A stretch of DNA of 64,000 nt, from positions 20,296 to 84,295 of the forward strand of contig JARRCM010000002.1 of NCBI GenBank assembly GCA_029982205.1, given 5' to 3'. The notes beneath the pieces were generated by a model, which saw nothing but the letters and a program-made list of their open reading frames with translations, did no database searches and was not told the DNA's origin. Positions 9,646 through 18,191 of the stretch are shown here, piece after piece (position 1 is the stretch's first letter; each line of letters opens with the position of its first letter). Source of the stretch: Thermosediminibacterales bacterium (lineage in GTDB: Bacteria > Bacillota > Thermosediminibacteria > Koleobacterales > JARRCM01). Both the position numbers and the translations under genes were made by a program.

Positions 9646-11490
9646 CTTATCTTTCGCACCCTCAAAACCAAAAGCATTGCGAATTACATATGAGCCAATT
9701 ACTGGGAACTAAAGAGATCCAGGCGGCCTGATATAAATATTCATATCAAAACCAACCAAAAAACCACTCTAGATTTACGGATATAATTATCAGGCAAATA
9801 ACGAATCACCTTATTATGTTCTCTAATAGACAAAACCTTAACAGGGCGTAGAAGTTCAAGAACCCTATTACCAGTGGGCCTAAAAGACTTTTTTTACCCA
9901 CTAAAACCAGAGGTTCATCCTCATCTAAAAGAGCCCGGCGTACCCTTCTTTCCAGAATACTGTAGAGCAAAAGTGCCATAAAAATCACATAAGAAAGAGC
10001 CTCCAGCCGATCCTTTTTCTGTATATACAAAGGTCCGACATAAAGAGGATTCTTAATAAACTTGAACTTGTTTTCTACTACAGATTGCTGCTTATGTTCC
10101 CTGAGGATATCTACAGCAGAATATGAAGAGTCAAAAATATTGGTAATAAGCACAAAACAACTCATACGTTCTTTTTCCTGATTTAAAAGTTTTTGATCCA
10201 GTTCACCGATGTCTACTCTTACCCGGTAGAGTTCCTGATACTCCACAGGTTCATCTTTAGCAGGCCGACCCCGTTTGGAACGTTTCTTCTGTAAGATTTT
10301 TTCTACCGTGCCGTATAAAGGGTAAAACCGGTTGTTATTATCCTGTAAAAAGCGAGAAAGAGCATCTTTAGCATCTTTTTCACAAGCAAAGGTAAGTTTC
10401 ATAAACTTAGATGCACCTTTAGTTAAGGCGTTTTTCTCTTTCTCCAATCTTTTATCAAGGCTTTTTGCTTTGCGTTTATCTAAATGTGAAGAGTGTACTA
10501 CTATAAAACGGTATTTATAACCGTAAAGCTCGGCGTTAAATTCCTGAAAACGATAAGATGCACTGTTCTTTTTTTTAGAAATAGAACCGATTTCCTGCCA
10601 GCAGTTTTGTTGCCAGGCTTTTCCCACCAGTTCTGCTGCTAGGTTGAAATTGTTGGGAAGGCGTGATATAAACCTAAGATCACTTTTGGCTATATGTTCT
10701 AAGTTTGTTTTGGTTATTACTGCAGAGTCAGCTACATAAATGAGTTGTTTGAGTTCTTCTAAGTTGAAATGTTTACTTAAGTTTTCTAGGAGTTCTTTGT
10801 TCCATGTTTTATCGTCTAAATTGCCATCTCTTACTTCTCCCAGACAGGGTATGCCTTCTTTGTTAGTAACCATAGCACAAATATATTGTTTTAAGTCTGG
10901 CCGATGATCTTTACTATGACCATAAGTTATATTAAGTTCTCCTTCGCCTTCATAGCTGCCGTAAACCAGTTTGGATGTGGTATCTCCATGAAGCACGGAT
11001 ATATCTATGTTTTCTCTGGCTATAGCTTCTAAGGCAAGAGCAGAAAAGATTTTTTTTGAACCTGCTGTACTGATTTTATCCAGTGTACGACAAAGAGCAT
11101 CGTCATTAAAGTTGGCAGCTTTTACTCCTGAACCAAATAGTAATTCCACATCCTGTTCGGCATAGAATTCTTCTATTTTGTAAAGTGGAGTCCTGCCGCT
11201 TAAGATGTTGATGACCATAGCCTTTACATGGGTACCTGGATCTATCAAACATTGCTTTTTGTCCCAAAATACATTTTTGTTTATTATTTCGGTCAACCCA
11301 ACTGAATCGCATAGGGCACTTATTAATGGACCTGCTCCTGCTTCTTTTATTTCGTAGATGTTCATTTCTGACCTCCGTTAGTTTTTTTTGCTATTTCCTA
11401 TATTCGACATCGGAGGCCTTTGTGCCTTTAACATTTTTTTGGTAATTGCGGTTTTTTGTTATCTTTTTTTTAAAGGGTGCGAAAGATGTG
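9646..11490 (-). mobile_element. IS1634-family (IS4 superfamily) insertion sequence, complete ends
   Basis: Terminal inverted repeats are CTTATCTTTCGCACCCT (9646-9662) and the reverse complement of 11474-11490, CACATCTTTCGCACCCT (15 of 17 match). Direct repeats TTTGAT flank it at 9640-9645 and 11491-11496. It encloses the transposase ORF. Confidence 0.8.
9806..11365 (-). CDS. IS1634-family transposase (C-terminus probably frameshifted in an A7 run)
   Basis: 519 aa with an MNIYEIKEAGAGPLISAL... N-terminus and a DDE-type core, typical of IS1634 transposases. An alternative frame stays open from the A7 run (9889-9895) to 9741. Confidence 0.85.
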   Translation of the reverse strand: MNIYEIKEAGAGPLISALCDSVGLTEIINKNVFWDKKQCLIDPGTHVKAMVINILSGRTPLYKIEEFYAEQDVELLFGSGVKAANFNDDALCRTLDKISTAGSKKIFSALALEAIARENIDISVLHGDTTSKLVYGSYEGEGELNITYGHSKDHRPDLKQYICAMVTNKEGIPCLGEVRDGNLDDKTWNKELLENLSKHFNLEELKQLIYVADSAVITKTNLEHIAKSDLRFISRLPNNFNLAAELVGKAWQQNCWQEIGSISKKKNSASYRFQEFNAELYGYKYRFIVVHSSHLDKRKAKSLDKRLEKEKNALTKGASKFMKLTFACEKDAKDALSRFLQDNNNRFYPLYGTVEKILQKKRSKRGRPAKDEPVEYQELYRVRVDIGELDQKLLNQEKERMSCFVLITNIFDSSYSAVDILREHKQQSVVENKFKFIKNPLYVGPLYIQKKDRLEALSYVIFMALLLYSILERRVRRALLDEDEPLVLVGKKSLLGPLVIGFLNFYALLRFCLLENIIR

Positions 11491-11723
11491 TTTGATACTG
11501 ATGTTCAAACTTTTATAGCTCTAACGCAAAACTAGATATGCTATTATATTTTTCAAAGACTTCATTCGGAGATTTTAATTATGAAGGATAAAACTTCTAT
11601 AAAAGTTTCAAAATATTATAAGTCTATATATATGGATTATCTGTTCTTTTTTTATCTCTTTGATAGATCAATTATACCCTGAGATACTCTTTTTAAAAAA
11701 TTTCCTGTAAACAAAACTATGGC

Positions 11724-12875
11724 TCAGCATATTATTGTAGAAGAGTCTTTTTTATATACAACTTCACCTTGAATCATAGTAAGTTGGGGAACGATCAACT
11801 TGTTTGCTTTCATTATCTGGCCTTCAGAATCATAGAACTCAATGTTTCTCTCTTCAGTTTTTAAAACTGTTAAGTTTGCAGGAAAACCGACTTTAATTCC
11901 GGATTTTATTCCTTTCATTAATTCTGCAGGATTTTTAGTACAACGTAATAAAACATCTTCAAATTTCATACCTAATGCTATGAGTTCTGAAATCACTGTT
12001 GGTAATTCACAAAAATTCGGCCTGCACAAACCTAGAGAAGTCATATCACTGCTTACAATATCAGGTAAAAAACCCTGTTCTATTGCTTTTCTTGCCACAT
12101 CAAAGTTGAAATGACTCATTCCATGGGCACAATCAAAAATGACCCCTCGTTTTTTTGCTTCCCACGCTTCCTCCCAAACCTTACCTTCTGAATTTAACAA
12201 TTTAAAACCACGTCCATGATACATATGTAATAATACATCTCCACTGTCTAATTCATTTAACAACTTTGGATAAGGAATTGGTGGATCAGTACTGTGAACA
12301 AACAATCTTACATCTAAATCTCTAGCTATTTTTTTAGCTCTTTGTAGTATATCTAATCCATTTTCCCCTACCTGTTGTTTTGAAAATCTCAACTTGATTC
12401 CTAATACAACATCATTATGAATTTCAATTGTTCTAGCCAGTTCTTTTTCATCAATAAATCCAGGGCGGGCAAATTCAGATTCGTGAAGCATTAATATCCC
12501 AAAACCAGAAAGATTTATAACGGCATTAGTCCAAACACGTGAATTCATCATAATTTTCTTTCTAAAGTAAGAGAAAGACGGATATCCTACACTCCCACCA
12601 TCAACAGTAGCTACTACACCTTGTCGAATAAGATGTTCGGGATCAACCGCAATACTCATCCCCCCCTCAAAAATATGAGAATGAAAATCAATCAATCCAG
12701 GAACAACAACTGATCCAGATACATCAATGCATTCTTTATAAATTATAGAGGATTCTCCTGGTTTTATTATTTGAGCTATATTTGGCACAATTATTCCCAC
12801 GTCAGCCTCCATGGAAATTCCTTGACTCGGATCAATTAAAGTTCCCCCTTTAAGTAAGATGTCAAAAACCGGCAT
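11724..12875 (-). CDS. Amidohydrolase-superfamily metallohydrolase (dihydroorotase/deacetylase-like)
   Basis: 383 aa with the N-terminal metal motif GLIDFHSHIF, plus FVHS and DCAHG further in. Confidence 0.75.
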   Translation of the reverse strand: MPVFDILLKGGTLIDPSQGISMEADVGIIVPNIAQIIKPGESSIIYKECIDVSGSVVVPGLIDFHSHIFEGGMSIAVDPEHLIRQGVVATVDGGSVGYPSFSYFRKKIMMNSRVWTNAVINLSGFGILMLHESEFARPGFIDEKELARTIEIHNDVVLGIKLRFSKQQVGENGLDILQRAKKIARDLDVRLFVHSTDPPIPYPKLLNELDSGDVLLHMYHGRGFKLLNSEGKVWEEAWEAKKRGVIFDCAHGMSHFNFDVARKAIEQGFLPDIVSSDMTSLGLCRPNFCELPTVISELIALGMKFEDVLLRCTKNPAELMKGIKSGIKVGFPANLTVLKTEERNIEFYDSEGQIMKANKLIVPQLTMIQGEVVYKKDSSTIIC

Positions 12876-13426
12876 TTTCCTATACCTCCAAACAAATTTA
12901 GTTTAGTATCTTACTGAAAACCTTTTATAAAATTATCTCTAGCGATACGGCCAAACCCAATATTTTCTAAAAAACAAGTTCTGACAAAATTTTCATAATT
13001 GACATCGCTCTGACATGTAAAGTTCATTTATTCAATATCAAGAAGAAGGCTTTTTCTAAACTACAAAACAAATCCATGAATTCATCTTTTTGGAATTTAT
13101 ACTTGTAATAACTTGAATTTTTGCAATAAAAAGATAAAGTTCTTTATAAATTTCATCAATTATAGTTATTTAATATATTTTTAATATAATACACTAATTT
13201 CAATCAATTTTACAGATTTATTTTCATCATTTAACTTCGAGGATCTAACGTAACCACACTTGTCATTAATATGGATATTTTGCAGGTTTTCGGACAAATT
13301 TACTTTCAAGGCGTATCCTCCTTTATTAAAGACCTTTAAGGTATTAGTTTTTATCTACATCTACAGACTGGAGAATACGCCTTTTTTTAATCAAAATCTT
13401 TTTTGTAAAAATTATTAACTCAACTT

Positions 13427-13712
13427 TCACAGAGTATCATAACATCTGCGCACATGGCGGAACCTATACGAGTTATTAAGAAGATCCTGCTCATATATTG
13501 CCGTTAATATCTTACTGACTACCAATTGCATTATCTTGTCTTCATAGGCCGATATGCCTAGTGGTCGTCTCTTACTGCTGTCTGGTTTGGAAATGTCTAC
13601 ACTCTTAACCGTTTGCGGCTTATATGCCATCTTTCTCAGGGTCTCATGTAGCCTGTTGATGTTCTCTAAAAGGTTTTTTCGTATTCGCCTTTAGTTACTT
13701 CGTCTATATAAA
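13427..13712 (-). pseudogene. Group II intron reverse transcriptase/maturase remnant (RT domains 0-2 only, frameshifted)
   Basis: Minus-strand translation gives ...NLLENINRLHETLRKMAYKPQTVKSVDISKPDSSKRRPLGISAYEDKIMQLVVSKILTAIYEQDLLNNSYRFR.... Upstream, YIDEVTKGEYEK lies in another frame. The rest of the RT and the X and En domains are absent. Confidence 0.7.
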
Positions 13713-13817
13713 TTCAAATTATTATCAGACTTTGTAAATTTCATACTAGCTGAGATAAGTACAAATCTAAATAATTGTGTTGAGTATAAATCACATTAAA
13801 TGCCAAAGAGAAACAGA

Positions 13818-15389
13818 TTAACCAATCTTTGCGGCAAACCAGAAAATAATTGCTGTTTGTAATAAGGCATATATACCAACAGCTACAGTATACTGTTTCA
13901 TTTTAAGTTGACTTGTCTCAAGTTCTTCACTTAAAGGCATATTGCACAGATCAAATACTTCAACCTGCTTCTTCGTAGGTTTAGTCATAACGCTAACAAT
14001 ATAAGCAACAATTAATGCTGCAAATAGGCTCCAGATTACAGGGTGAATTCCAAAAGGTAAATATTTTGCATTTCCAAAAGGCAAATTAAAGGCTAAAGCA
14101 CCAAAATGTAAAGCAAGATCTGCCAAAAGTCCAACGATCATCGAGGCAATTGCAGCTTCTCTAGTCATCTTTTTCCAAAATAGACCTAATATCAAAGGTG
14201 GGAAAAAGGCTGCAGCAAATACAGAACTCCCAAAATTACCTACCATAGCTACTATTTCCGATCTACCTAAAGCCAAAGCCATTCCAAGTATTCCAAAAAT
14301 AACTATACAAATTCTTGCATATAACAAGAGCTTTTTCTCGCTAAGCTTCTTCGTTGAAAGTTTTTCATATAAATCTCGTGAAACACTAAACGCCAATGTT
14401 AATATTTGGGTCGAGGCAGTTGAAAGGCACGCAGCAAATAAACCTGCAATAGCAACTCCACCTAAAATTGGATTAACTAGATTCATAGCTCCCCATGTTA
14501 AAGCAGCTCCAGGATTATCTAAATTAGGGTTTATTAAATGAACAGCACTTGCTCCTACATGAGTTAACCATACTATAGGCATAGTTATCATCATAGCAAG
14601 CATTATCGCTTGGACCCATGTTCGAGTATCTTTAGCCAAATATGCTCTAGTTATGGCAGCTGGATTTGCCGCATTCCCAAGACCCCAAAGAACCTGCCAT
14701 CCTACTATTGTTCCCCAACCAACAACTCCACCTGTTGCAGTAAAATAAATTGGATTTTCTTTAGCATAATCAGCAAAAGACTTTATTCCAACTGTTTTTA
14801 TTAGTATTGGAGAGAAGATAAATCCCAAACAAATTGCTATTATTGCAAACATTATTGTATCTGTTACTGTCACACTTCTAGCACCTGCAGCCACAGCAAT
14901 TATAACGAAAACCGCTACCATAATAACAACCATTATATTATAAGGAATTCCTAAAAGAGTTTCAGTAATTACAGCACTTCCCACTATTTGGCTAACAAAA
15001 TATGCACCCAAACCGACAATAGTTACAATAGCAGAAAGAACACGAATAAAGTTGCTTTCAAATCTTTCTCCAAAGTAATCTCCTAAAGTAACCTGACCAA
15101 ACCTTCTTAATTTATTTCCTATAAAAAAAGCTGAAATAATGAATCCTATAAAAGCTCCCCAAACAAGAATACCAACTAAAGGGCCTGATTTATAGGCTAT
15201 CCCGGTAAGGCCTACCATTCCAACAGCACTAATCCAAGTTGCAGTATAAGTACCAGCTATTAACCAAGGACCTGCACCTTGGCCCATCACATAAAAATCT
15301 TGCAAATTAGTGCCTTTTCTGCTTAAGTAAAAAGTAACAACAAGATAAACCAAAAGAAATATAAAAAATATTGAACTAAATATGTTCAT
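13818..15389 (-). CDS. Sodium:solute symporter family transporter
   Basis: 523 aa with about 13 TM segments and SSS-like motifs (GAGPWLIAGTYTATWISAVG, ACLSTASTQIL). Confidence 0.85.
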   Translation of the reverse strand: MNIFSSIFFIFLLVYLVVTFYLSRKGTNLQDFYVMGQGAGPWLIAGTYTATWISAVGMVGLTGIAYKSGPLVGILVWGAFIGFIISAFFIGNKLRRFGQVTLGDYFGERFESNFIRVLSAIVTIVGLGAYFVSQIVGSAVITETLLGIPYNIMVVIMVAVFVIIAVAAGARSVTVTDTIMFAIIAICLGFIFSPILIKTVGIKSFADYAKENPIYFTATGGVVGWGTIVGWQVLWGLGNAANPAAITRAYLAKDTRTWVQAIMLAMMITMPIVWLTHVGASAVHLINPNLDNPGAALTWGAMNLVNPILGGVAIAGLFAACLSTASTQILTLAFSVSRDLYEKLSTKKLSEKKLLLYARICIVIFGILGMALALGRSEIVAMVGNFGSSVFAAAFFPPLILGLFWKKMTREAAIASMIVGLLADLALHFGALAFNLPFGNAKYLPFGIHPVIWSLFAALIVAYIVSVMTKPTKKQVEVFDLCNMPLSEELETSQLKMKQYTVAVGIYALLQTAIIFWFAAKIG

Positions 15390-15536
15390 AATTTTATACC
15401 TCCTTATCTTAATATTATTTATGTTATAATGAGAGTAACCAAATATTCTATTTGCATAAAACTAAGCGCTAAGTTACTTTTTTAATTTTTTTGTCCTCAA
15501 AAATGAATTAAAATGACCTTTATAATTTATAATTTT

Positions 15537-15635
15537 TTACAGTATCCCTTTTTTCATAAAATAAACAGATAAAATATACATTGTTGCTAATAATGCAAAA
15601 TGATACAAAGCAACTCCTACAAAAGAAGTATTCAT
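15537..15635 (-). CDS. Possible 32-aa single-TM peptide upstream of the symporter
   Basis: Not in the ORF track because it is under 60 aa. ATG at 15635 is preceded by GGAGGTGAT. Translation is MNTSFVGVALYHFALLATMYILSVYFMKKGIL. It sits directly downstream of the candidate sigma-54 promoter. Confidence 0.3.
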   Translation of the reverse strand: MNTSFVGVALYHFALLATMYILSVYFMKKGIL

Positions 15636-15679
15636 TTTTTATCACCTCCTATTCATACTGGCATTATAAAAGGCTAGAT

Positions 15680-15695
15680 AGCAGCTTGTTTTCCA
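15680..15695 (-). promoter_or_regulatory. Candidate sigma-54 (-24/-12) promoter for the small ORF and symporter
   Basis: The minus strand reads TGGAAAACAAGCTGCT. GG and GC have the canonical 11-nt register, about 45 nt upstream of the small ORF start. Confidence 0.45.
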
Positions 15696-15699
15696 CTAA

Positions 15700-16320
15700 A
15701 AGCATGGAGGCCTATGGATACAGAGAAAGATCCCATTATAGGTAACGGAAAAAAGTTATGTTCCCGTATAAGCATAAAATCCATACGGTCAGCACAGCAT
15801 CAAAAGAAAGCCGAATGCAACCGCAGAAGAAAACACAAGCATGAGAGCAGGCATAGAAGTCACCCACTCCGCATTAAAACGGAGGCATGGTCTTAGCAAA
15901 CTTAAAGTTAGAGGTTTTATAAAACGCAGTATAACAGTCGGTTATAAGGTATTGACTCAGAAACTTCAAAAGATTTGCAAAATACATGCTGGAACAAACC
16001 CAAAAGCTTGAACTACGAAGTAAGGAATAATTATACCTCTTCGAAGTCAATAAATGGTAATAACGTCACGAAATGGGAACTGGCATACTAAACATAGAGC
16101 CCATTATGGTTGTTTTAACTGCCGAATTCTAAAATATTTACCCTATCATTCCTTATGAAATTTTTCAAAGGTCAGATAGATTCTGTTTAAAACTTAGTTT
16201 CTATACTAGAATCATAATTAAACCTAAACATAAACATTCATTTGATTTCGTAGGACATATATAGTTTTTGGAATTCTATTTTCAGCATAAATACTAATAA
16301 CTATTGTAGAGTTTCCCATT
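15700..16320 (+). other. ORF-free, purine-rich segment resembling the 5' RNA domains of a group IIA intron (degenerate remnant)
   Basis: No credible ORF in any frame. Ordered short matches to my recollection of Ll.LtrB domain I/II: ATAAGGTAT (15944), ATGGGAAC (16073), TGCCGAATTCTAAAATATTTACC (16120) and CCTAAACA (~16232). I found no GUGYG 5' end and no convincing domain V. Confidence 0.3.
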
Positions 16321-16327
16321 TAGGTCT

Positions 16328-17362
16328 TCATATTCTTATAACAGGTTTAAGAACCTTTTTATTCAAACCATCCTCAAATGCTTTTATTGCTTCTTTAAAG
16401 GGATATATCTTGTATAAAGGTTTTAAATCGACTGATTTATTCTCTAGCATCATTAAAACATTTTCATAGTTATCCCACTTGCATGTATAACTTGTTCTTA
16501 TAACAACTTCATTTCTTACTAAATTGGTAAAAGGAAACTCTACAGGTTTATTGTAAATACCAACTAAAGTTATCGCACCCCCTTTCCGAACAATTGTTGC
16601 AGCATCTTGTAAAGCTTTGTTGGCTCCTGAACATTCGATAACTACATCAGCTTTCTGCCTGCCGGTAAGATTTAAAAGTTCTGAACTTAAGTCGCTTTGC
16701 TGAACATTAATTGTTTTGAATCCCAAACTCTGAGCTATCGGGATTCGTAATTCCATATCGACATCTGTGCCTACTATTACTACATCTTTGGCACCAAGCA
16801 CTCTAACAATCTGAGCCGCTACCAAGCCTACAATACCAGGTCCAAAGACTACCACCGTATCACCTGGTTTTATTTTTGTATTATCTACTACAGCATGATC
16901 ACTTACAGCACAAGGTTGAGCCATAGCAGCTTCTTCGAAAGACAGTTTTTCAGGTATTTTATGAAGGTATCTTTCTTTTGTTTTGATATATTCTGCTAAA
17001 GAACCATCAATCATCAGCCCCGTCATTTTAGAATTTAAACATATATTAGTTTTACCAGTTTTACAATTACTGCATTTCCCGCAGTACTGATTTGACTCTC
17101 CCATCACTCGATCTCCAGGTTTGAAATCTGTTACCTTTGAACCTACTTCTTTAACTATTCCACTGTATTCATGCCCTAAAATAACTGGCACTTTCATGAA
17201 TTCGTAACTAGGAGGATACTCATAAGCATGTAAGTCACTTCCACAAACTGCACAGCTTTTTATTTCGACAATCACATCATCATCTTCTTTAATTTTAGGC
17301 TCTTCAACTTCTAAGATTTCAACATTTCCAGGTTTCCTTTCTGTTTTCACAATAGCCTTCAT
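16328..17362 (-). CDS. Zinc-dependent alcohol/polyol dehydrogenase (MDR family; sorbitol, threonine or butanediol dehydrogenase-like)
   Basis: 344 aa with GHEYSGIV (catalytic Zn), CGKCSNCKTGKTNIC (structural Zn) and the GPGIVGL Rossmann motif. Confidence 0.85.
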   Translation of the reverse strand: MKAIVKTERKPGNVEILEVEEPKIKEDDDVIVEIKSCAVCGSDLHAYEYPPSYEFMKVPVILGHEYSGIVKEVGSKVTDFKPGDRVMGESNQYCGKCSNCKTGKTNICLNSKMTGLMIDGSLAEYIKTKERYLHKIPEKLSFEEAAMAQPCAVSDHAVVDNTKIKPGDTVVVFGPGIVGLVAAQIVRVLGAKDVVIVGTDVDMELRIPIAQSLGFKTINVQQSDLSSELLNLTGRQKADVVIECSGANKALQDAATIVRKGGAITLVGIYNKPVEFPFTNLVRNEVVIRTSYTCKWDNYENVLMMLENKSVDLKPLYKIYPFKEAIKAFEDGLNKKVLKPVIRI

Positions 17363-17377
17363 TAATATTTGCCCCCT

Positions 17378-18142
17378 TTAATCTATTAGTCTTCCACCTT
17401 CAACAAACAACGTATGACCTGTTATATAATCAGAAGCTTCTGAAGCAAGGAACAGCACTGCTTTAGCCATGTCTTCCGGTGTCCCCAACCTGCCCATCGG
17501 AATCTTATCTAAAATAGACTTAAAGGTCTTCTGATTGCTTAAAAATTTCATAGTCTGACCAGTCATCGTATACCCAGGACCTATGGCATTTACATTTATA
17601 TTAAATTTAGCCCATTCATTTGCAAGAACTTTTGTTAACTGTTGAACTCCTCCTTTTGAAGCAGCATAAATGGCTAAATTCGGATGTCCTCTAACCGCAG
17701 AGACAGAAGCAGTGTTGATAATTTTACCTTTTTTTTGTTTTATCATTACTTTACCTACCTTTTGAGCCATAAAAAATATTCCTTTAAGATTTGTGTTGAT
17801 AACTGTATCCCAGTCTTTTTCCGTGAACTCAACGGCAGGTTTTCTTATATTTAATCCTGCATGATTAACTAAAATATCTATTCTTTTAAACCGGCTAACT
17901 ACATCATCTACCAATTTTTCTATACTAGCAACTTTAGTAACATCGACTTCAAACGGAACGATTATTCCCATATCGGAAAGTGTTTTTGAAACATGTTCAG
18001 CTTTTTTAATATCTATATCCGAGACAGCTACATTAGCCCCACATTCAACAAAAGCTTTTGCAATTTCGCTCCCTATGGAACCTCCGCCACCGGTAATCAA
18101 AACAGTTTTATTTGTAAAATTAAACAAATTTGTGTAAGTCAT
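17378..18142 (-). CDS. Short-chain dehydrogenase/reductase (SDR)
   Basis: 254 aa with TGGGGSIGSEIA (NAD(P) binding), NHAG and catalytic YAASKGG. Confidence 0.85.
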   Translation of the reverse strand: MTYTNLFNFTNKTVLITGGGGSIGSEIAKAFVECGANVAVSDIDIKKAEHVSKTLSDMGIIVPFEVDVTKVASIEKLVDDVVSRFKRIDILVNHAGLNIRKPAVEFTEKDWDTVINTNLKGIFFMAQKVGKVMIKQKKGKIINTASVSAVRGHPNLAIYAASKGGVQQLTKVLANEWAKFNINVNAIGPGYTMTGQTMKFLSNQKTFKSILDKIPMGRLGTPEDMAKAVLFLASEASDYITGHTLFVEGGRLID

Positions 18143-18191
18143 TTTTTCAGCTCCTTTTTAAGTTTTTTGTGGCTTAATAAATATACCGTTT

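Noticed and set aside
11581-11685. A 34-codon plus-strand ORF (MKDKTSIKVSKYYKSIYMDYLFFFYLFDRSIIP) convergent with the amidohydrolase gene, next to the IS element.
   Set aside because: It has only a weak GGAGA RBS, a very AT-rich context and no recognisable family. Without conservation data it cannot be told apart from a chance ORF.
12876-13300. Sigma-54 promoters upstream of the amidohydrolase gene, and also upstream of the OYE gene (8657-8948) and the PPC gene (9444-9645).
   Set aside because: I scanned for GCA-N9-CCA on the plus strand (TGG-N9-TGC on the minus strand). No site has the correct GG/GC register.
13413-13425. A 13-mer, TTATTAACTCAAC, shared with 7150-7162.
   Set aside because: Dozens of 13-mer coincidences are expected in a 64-kb AT-rich window, and the flanks do not align.
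15761-15795. The hairpin CCGTAT-(13 nt)-ATACGG, considered as group II intron domain V.
   Set aside because: The upper stem does not pair. There is no AGC triad or GNRA loop, and the flanks do not extend the helix on either strand. It is not a credible domain V.
15714-15896. A 60-aa plus-strand ORF (MDTEKDPIIGNGKK...RRRKHKHESRHRSH).
   Set aside because: It is extremely basic and low-complexity, has no RBS, and lies in the purine-rich intron-like segment. It is more likely an artefact of base composition.
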